A stretch of 64,000 bases of DNA from Escherichia phage AidaStucki_Bas93: sequence record PQ850593.1; one strand, given 5' to 3'. This document shows positions 59,288 through 64,000 of this stretch, one piece after another; the first letter of the stretch is position 1, and every line of letters starts with the position of its first letter. The notes below the pieces were generated by a model. The model was given only the letters and a program-made list of their open reading frames with translations, ran no database searches and was not told where the DNA came from. Position numbers and translations under genes: made by a program.

Positions 59288-61230
59288 CTTTCAATTATAA
59301 GGGCACTATTGCCCCGCTCGCTATGAGCTTTTAAGCCACTATTGACTTAACTATAAACGCTCACTATAAACGCTTATAGGTAAGCGGAGCGGTCTTATCA
59401 GGAGTTAACCTTGCCGCTCCCTTATCCGTGATGTTTCATCTGGTATCTTTAATTAGTCGCTATAAATAAAGCCGACTTGATAGCGATGATCAATCATCAC
59501 AATAAGGCCAGTGTGTCCGACTCAATTTAATTACATTACTGTAACCGTCGGCAATATCGTTTACTCTGCTTTCGCTCCCGCCTATCCTTTTGTATCAGCT
59601 CTTTATCGCTAGTCATCGCCCACTACGGGATACTATTGCGAAAAAGTCACTAACCGCCTAATATTCCGGCGTTTTATATCTTTCGGCAAGTTTACTACAC
59701 AACACGACTATGTACTTTCATCATAAGACGAATATCAAGCCGCTCACGTCGTAAACGTTCACACTAAAACCTTATTGTTAAATAGCAATTTGCCACTTTT
59801 TAACCATTTTCCGCCGCCCGCGATTGGGCGTTAATTCGTCGGGATTGTCTACCCTGATCAACTTCATTCATTGTAGCGCCTTTTTAGCAAGGCCGCCGCT
59901 ACCCATTAACCGTGGGCGATTAGTTTTAGCCTTTGCGTGCACTCAATGATTCCGCTTATCAGTGGGGACTTTTCCAGTAAGGGATCGTAAAACCGTTTTC
60001 CCTGATATTCTAGGGAGTTTTACGCCGTTTTATCTGGTATGCTTTCCGATGGTTATTATCATCCAGCATATTTAACCGATATATGAAAATGTTTAAATTA
60101 TTAAAGAGCGGTAAATCTATCGGACGTGTTTTCTCACGTCATGCAACTGTTAGCCGTTGTGTCGCTTTTTCACTGAAGCGGTGATTTGCTTAGTGACTTG
60201 TGCTCATTATGAATCATTTTGCTTCCGCCGTCAATCACTTTTTTAATCTTTTTTCATCGTTCCCGCTGTTGGGAAGATATATCAATCAGCTGTATTTGAT
60301 TGAAGATCAAGCGATCAGGCTTGAACTTATGATTCATATTTTTAAAGAGCGGTTTTTCTGACTTGTGACCAGTATGAACTTACTTTCTCACGTTGTCAAT
60401 CTCTTTTTTATCATCTTTTTTCATTCTCTTCCCTTATCTCGCGTGCAACTATGCGAAAGGGCAAGATGATAAGTCTGATTTGTCTTTTTGGAATCTAGTA
60501 CGCTTTCAAGCATCAATCTTTTGAAAGTATCGAACAAATAAGGCTTATTGATATTGCTTATTGTCCGCCCGCTTCACGTATGAATCAGGAATCAATTCTA
60601 CCGATCAACTAAGCGCCTTGTAGTAATGACGTCACCGCCACCTAAAAGACAAATCATATTTTTAAAGAGCTGGATTTTTCACGTCATCGCTGACTTGTGC
60701 TCATTATGATTCAGGCTTTTTCCGGTGTCAAATACTTTTTCAAGTATTTTTTCACTTTCTAGCCTGATTTTTAAAGAGCGTTTAAAATTGTATGGCTCCC
60801 ATAACACCATTTGATGACCAGTTAACCTACGATCATTTAGGACTATAGTACCCGCTTAGCTGCGTCTGACTTGCTTCACTCACTAGGGAGTTACTTGAGC
60901 GGTCATCTTGTCTTTCTAAGCTCATTATAGGTTAGGCTTTTCAGTTGTCAAATACTTTTTCAAGTATTTTTTCACTTTCTAGCCTACTTTTTAAAGAGCG
61001 GGGCAATTTCTTGCCTTGTATGTTTTTCATCGTACCCGATGGAAATGAGTATACGCGAGCCTTCAGAAAGTGCAATAGGGATAAGCAAATTATTTTAAAT
61101 TTTTCACTGTAGGGAAGATAGAAGGGCGGGCTAACGTGGTACACCATAGAAAACGGCTTGTAAAGCGATAAGAAACGGCCTTAAACGCGCTACAGCGAGC
61201 TAAAAGGGAGTAAGGAATACAATCCCCTTA
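59288..61230. repeat. ORF-free region with degenerate direct repeats (candidate origin / terminus / promoter array)
   Basis: About 2 kb with no ORF of 60 aa or more; TTTAAAGAGCGG-type motif five times (60101, 60341, 60661, 60771, 60991); a 55-bp unit with palindrome AATACTT-TTTC-AAGTATT repeated exactly at 60726-60780 and 60945-61000. Confidence 0.55.
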
Positions 61231-61259
61231 GAAAAGAAAAAGCGCCTTTATTGGCGCTT
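61231..61259 (-). terminator. rho-independent terminator
   Basis: On the minus strand: AAGCGCC-AATAAA-GGCGCTT followed by TTTTTCTTTTC. Confidence 0.45.
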
Positions 61260-61280
61260 ATAGGGATGATTTAAAGTTTT

Positions 61281-61532
61281 TCACCATTTAGGCAAATCTG
61301 CATCAAGCAGGCCAGCAAGTGACAATTCACCGTCAACATATATCGATCTGAAATCATCTCGATTGATATCGATGCGCACCATTTGCAGCCATTTTTTGGC
61401 CTCATTAAAGCTCATTGAGCAAAAGGCAACCGTGGGCAATATTACGTCACCATTTTGCAAGCTGAACGCTATAAAAGTATCACACACACAACACGAAAGA
61501 CCGTTCGACAATTTAATCACTTTGATACTCAT
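61281..61532 (-). CDS. hypothetical protein
   Basis: 83-aa ORF. Confidence 0.35.
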   Translation of the reverse strand: MSIKVIKLSNGLSCCVCDTFIAFSLQNGDVILPTVAFCSMSFNEAKKWLQMVRIDINRDDFRSIYVDGELSLAGLLDADLPKW

Positions 61533-62392
61533 GTTTTTACACTCCCAAAGATAGGTTATTTATTTGCTGAATTTAGCGCCATAAAACTTACTAATCTTGT
61601 TTTTCGGGCTTAACTTGCTATCAGTGAGCGCTTCAATCACTTCACAAACGATCAGAACAAGTAAAGGAAAGACTACAGCCAGAAACATCATTACCAGAAC
61701 TATCATTTCTATTACTCCAATCAATCAATCAAGAGCCTTCACTTTACTATTGCCTATAAAGGAAAGCAAGTACCACGGGAACAAACAACCGCATAACAGA
61801 CCACGGGAAAACATCGCCAGATAATGCGGTGATATTATTCCACTTAAATAATTAGTTGACTCAAACATCAAACGTTAAAAGAAAAGAATAACAGAACGCT
61901 GAAAAAGAAAAGAATAAAAAGAATATAATAAACATCAAACATAATCTTTCCACTTAATTAATGCATATATCATTATTGCACTCATAATTATCACCATTGA
62001 AACTATTTACACTCAAACTATGGGGAGCTGCGACTGTTACATGACGGTACGACGCGATCGCTGATCGCCTTAAACTATCGGTACAGTGAAAGATCCATAC
62101 AATGGCTAGCCTTTCCCATACTCTTTTAAGGGGCACTAAATAAACGGGTATTAAATGAATAGGATGTTATACACGGGGCAATAACTGCACGGGATAGGGC
62201 ACGGGAAAAGTGGAACGTTGAAAAAGAAGGTAAAGGCATTGCCAATACCCATTTTTTAAATGAGGACTCCCCCTTTTTAACAATTCGTCGCGGAGCGCCT
62301 AGCCCCACTCGGTCAAATCAGAATTTTAAACCCTTATATATAAGCATATGCCCCAACTTTATGTTGTGGATTTAAGCTTGAGGAACTATTTA

Positions 62393-62557
62393 ATGAATCT
62401 AATTAAAGTGTTTAGACGGATGAAATGTAAACACGATTACTATCTTCTTCGTAAAGCTTACGGGGATGAAAGAATACACGGTCTCTATCTATCAACATGG
62501 AAATGTAGGGAATGTGGTAAGTTAAAGTTTAGTGAATGGATAGACAGACCGGGATGA
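62393..62557 (+). CDS. small zinc-finger-like protein
   Basis: ATG at 62393 after GAGGAActattta; CKHD...CRECG pairs; track ORF starts further upstream at 62348. Confidence 0.35.
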   Translation: MNLIKVFRRMKCKHDYYLLRKAYGDERIHGLYLSTWKCRECGKLKFSEWIDRPG

Positions 62558-62564
62558 TAGTGCC

Positions 62565-62710
62565 TTAACGTGACATAGCCTTTATGAAGTCCCCTTTATG
62601 ACATGCCCTTTACTTCAGCGTACACGGGTTGTTAGTATGAGGGTAGTCATCAGAGATGACATGGCCTTTACGGGTAGGTCTTATGATGTGCCCTTTATAC
62701 TTCAGAGACA
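62565..62710 (+). repeat. four degenerate direct repeats TGACAT(R)GCCTTTA upstream of a plus-strand gene
   Basis: Copies at about 62571, 62599, 62657 and 62684 (last variant TGATGTGCCCTTTA). Confidence 0.5.
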
Positions 62711-62746
62711 GCTACTACGTAGCGTCGTATTCAGAGGAGAAGAATT

Positions 62747-62968
62747 ATGAATTTAGTATTAGACTTTTTATCAGAGGTTGTGCCTCGCTTTCGTACGGAG
62801 ACTTGTGCCTTCGTTAAAATATCCCCTGAAGAATTAGAATGCATTGGTCGTCTGGTTGACTTGGATGACGATGAAGAATTTGATGCAACGATGGAAGTTA
62901 GTAGCCTAGGATGGTTATTCTTCCGAGCGTTCACCACTATCAAACCACACACTTATAAGGAATACTAA
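62747..62968 (+). CDS. hypothetical acidic protein
   Basis: 73 aa; SD GAGGAGAAGAAtt before the ATG. Confidence 0.45.
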   Translation: MNLVLDFLSEVVPRFRTETCAFVKISPEELECIGRLVDLDDDEEFDATMEVSSLGWLFFRAFTTIKPHTYKEY

Positions 62969-62971
62969 TTT

Positions 62972-63403
62972 ATGTTAGATTGTAAATATCAAGGAGATGA
63001 TATGTTAGATTTAATCCACACTACTCGCCCTAATTCTAAAACTAAAACACAACCATCTACTCTGGAAGTAATTGAATACGAATCTACTAAACATGATCAC
63101 CTCCCTGACTATGCTCGTGCAATGATTGAGATGATTGAAGAAGCTGAATATGAAATGCTCCATGATTACATCACCTCCAAAGATGAATGGCATCGTGATG
63201 TTCGAATCGAAGAAGATGGTACAGAAATAATTACGTGGGTTCACAAGAGTGAGTTAGTAGACGACGCACTGCGAGACTACGAAAAATTTTTGGTCGACGG
63301 CTCTATTCTTTTAGAGGAAGAGAAGGGTGTAGAACTTCCGTGGGAGGGTGAGACAGTTGCTTTAGGTAAGATGTTTAACCTGTCCGTTGGTGATTGTAAG
63401 TAA
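62972..63403 (+). CDS. hypothetical acidic protein
   Basis: 143 aa; alternative start at 63002 has the stronger SD (AAGGAGAtgat). Confidence 0.5.
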   Translation: MLDCKYQGDDMLDLIHTTRPNSKTKTQPSTLEVIEYESTKHDHLPDYARAMIEMIEEAEYEMLHDYITSKDEWHRDVRIEEDGTEIITWVHKSELVDDALRDYEKFLVDGSILLEEEKGVELPWEGETVALGKMFNLSVGDCK

Positions 63404-63408
63404 TGTTT

Positions 63409-63430
63409 GCCTCCTTTGGGAGGCTTTTTG
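63409..63430 (+). terminator. rho-independent terminator
   Basis: GCCTCC-TTTG-GGAGGC followed by TTTTTGTGTT. Confidence 0.6.
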
Positions 63431-63459
63431 TGTTGTTGATAATGTAGAAGGAGTATAAA

Positions 63460-63930
63460 ATGTTTGGAGAAAAAGGAGAACTCACACCTGCACAGGTAGC
63501 TGAGATTACAGGAAGATTACCCGGAGTAACGGAAGAACTTGAATCCAAGGGTATGAACCCAAGCAATGGGAAGTTTCAAAAGGGAAATAAATTCGGACGA
63601 CCCAAAGGTAGTAGAGGTAAACTGACACAATTAATGTTGGACCGTGTTGCTGCAAGTCATTTGTCTCCTGATGAAGTGTTAATTCAAATTTACGAAGATC
63701 CTAATATTCCACCTGATCTTAGATTCAAGGCTGCATCAAAAGTTGCAGATCTGGTATATCCTAAGGCGGCCTCTGTTGAAGTTAAGATTGAGGAAGAGAA
63801 TGTAGTCAACGAAGAATCACTGAATGCACAAATCAAGGACTTCTTGACTGGAGCACTTGGTATCGACGTTATGCCTCCAGAAGACAACTCCGAGGACGCT
63901 GAAAAGGGGGAGGAAGCGGACGAGAGTTAA
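63460..63930 (+). CDS. hypothetical protein
   Basis: 156 aa; SD GAAGGAGtataaaATG; basic N-terminus, acidic C-terminus. Confidence 0.5.
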   Translation: MFGEKGELTPAQVAEITGRLPGVTEELESKGMNPSNGKFQKGNKFGRPKGSRGKLTQLMLDRVAASHLSPDEVLIQIYEDPNIPPDLRFKAASKVADLVYPKAASVEVKIEEENVVNEESLNAQIKDFLTGALGIDVMPPEDNSEDAEKGEEADES

Positions 63931-63960
63931 GTAAAGGAAAGAAGGGGAGGTTCTTTGACG

Positions 63961-63987
63961 AAGGGACTTTCCCTTTTCTATTTTTTA
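63961..63987 (+). terminator. possible terminator
   Basis: AAGGGA-CTT-TCCCTT followed by a T-rich run. Confidence 0.4.
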
Positions 63988-64000
63988 AACTGGAGGAAGT

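Noticed and set aside
59343-59370. T7-like single-subunit RNA polymerase promoter (tandem CGCTCACTATAAACG resembling CGACTCACTATAGGG)
   Set aside because: Single locus, one base short of the T7 core, not found upstream of late genes, and no T7-type RNA polymerase gene in the window.
60208-60360. 50-aa ORF inside the repeat region
   Set aside because: No SD, and the sequence is one copy of a degenerate repeat unit whose other copies do not preserve the frame.
60098-61000. CRISPR array
   Set aside because: Repeat units are degenerate, of unequal length and irregular spacing with shared spacer-like content; no cas genes.

Overview
This 64-kb window reads as part of a virulent tailed dsDNA phage genome; no host genes are evident. 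All calls are from reading the sequence and the supplied ORF track by eye; no database search or folding was run. Layout: (1) plus strand 1-23.4 kb is a structural/late module: scaffold fragment, major capsid protein with a -1 frameshift Ig-like extension, collagen-repeat tail fibres, GH24 endolysin, SLT transglycosylase virion protein, Q/N-rich and very large internal proteins. (2) Convergent minus strand 23.5-61.5 kb carries T7-like replication genes (acidic-tail SSB, FEN, primase-helicase, and a DNA polymerase split into a separate exonuclease gene and a polymerase gene interrupted by an HNH-containing intron-like insertion), nucleotide metabolism (Dcd, ThyX-like, thioredoxin, PhoH), a sigma-factor-like protein, an overlapping spanin pair and several HNH endonucleases. 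(3) The stand-out is a tightly packed minus-strand island at 42.6-52.0 kb encoding four amide-bond enzymes (AIG2/GGCT-like, ATP-grasp, class-II glutamine amidotransferase fusion, GS/GCS-like amidoligase) plus four co-operonic unknown proteins; it matches no characterised phage pathway I know. (4) A CpG-rich, ORF-free 2-kb stretch (59.3-61.2 kb) holds degenerate direct repeats, and small plus-strand genes resume at 62.4 kb. The family resemblance (phiEco32-like podophages, which encode their own sigma factor) is inference only.
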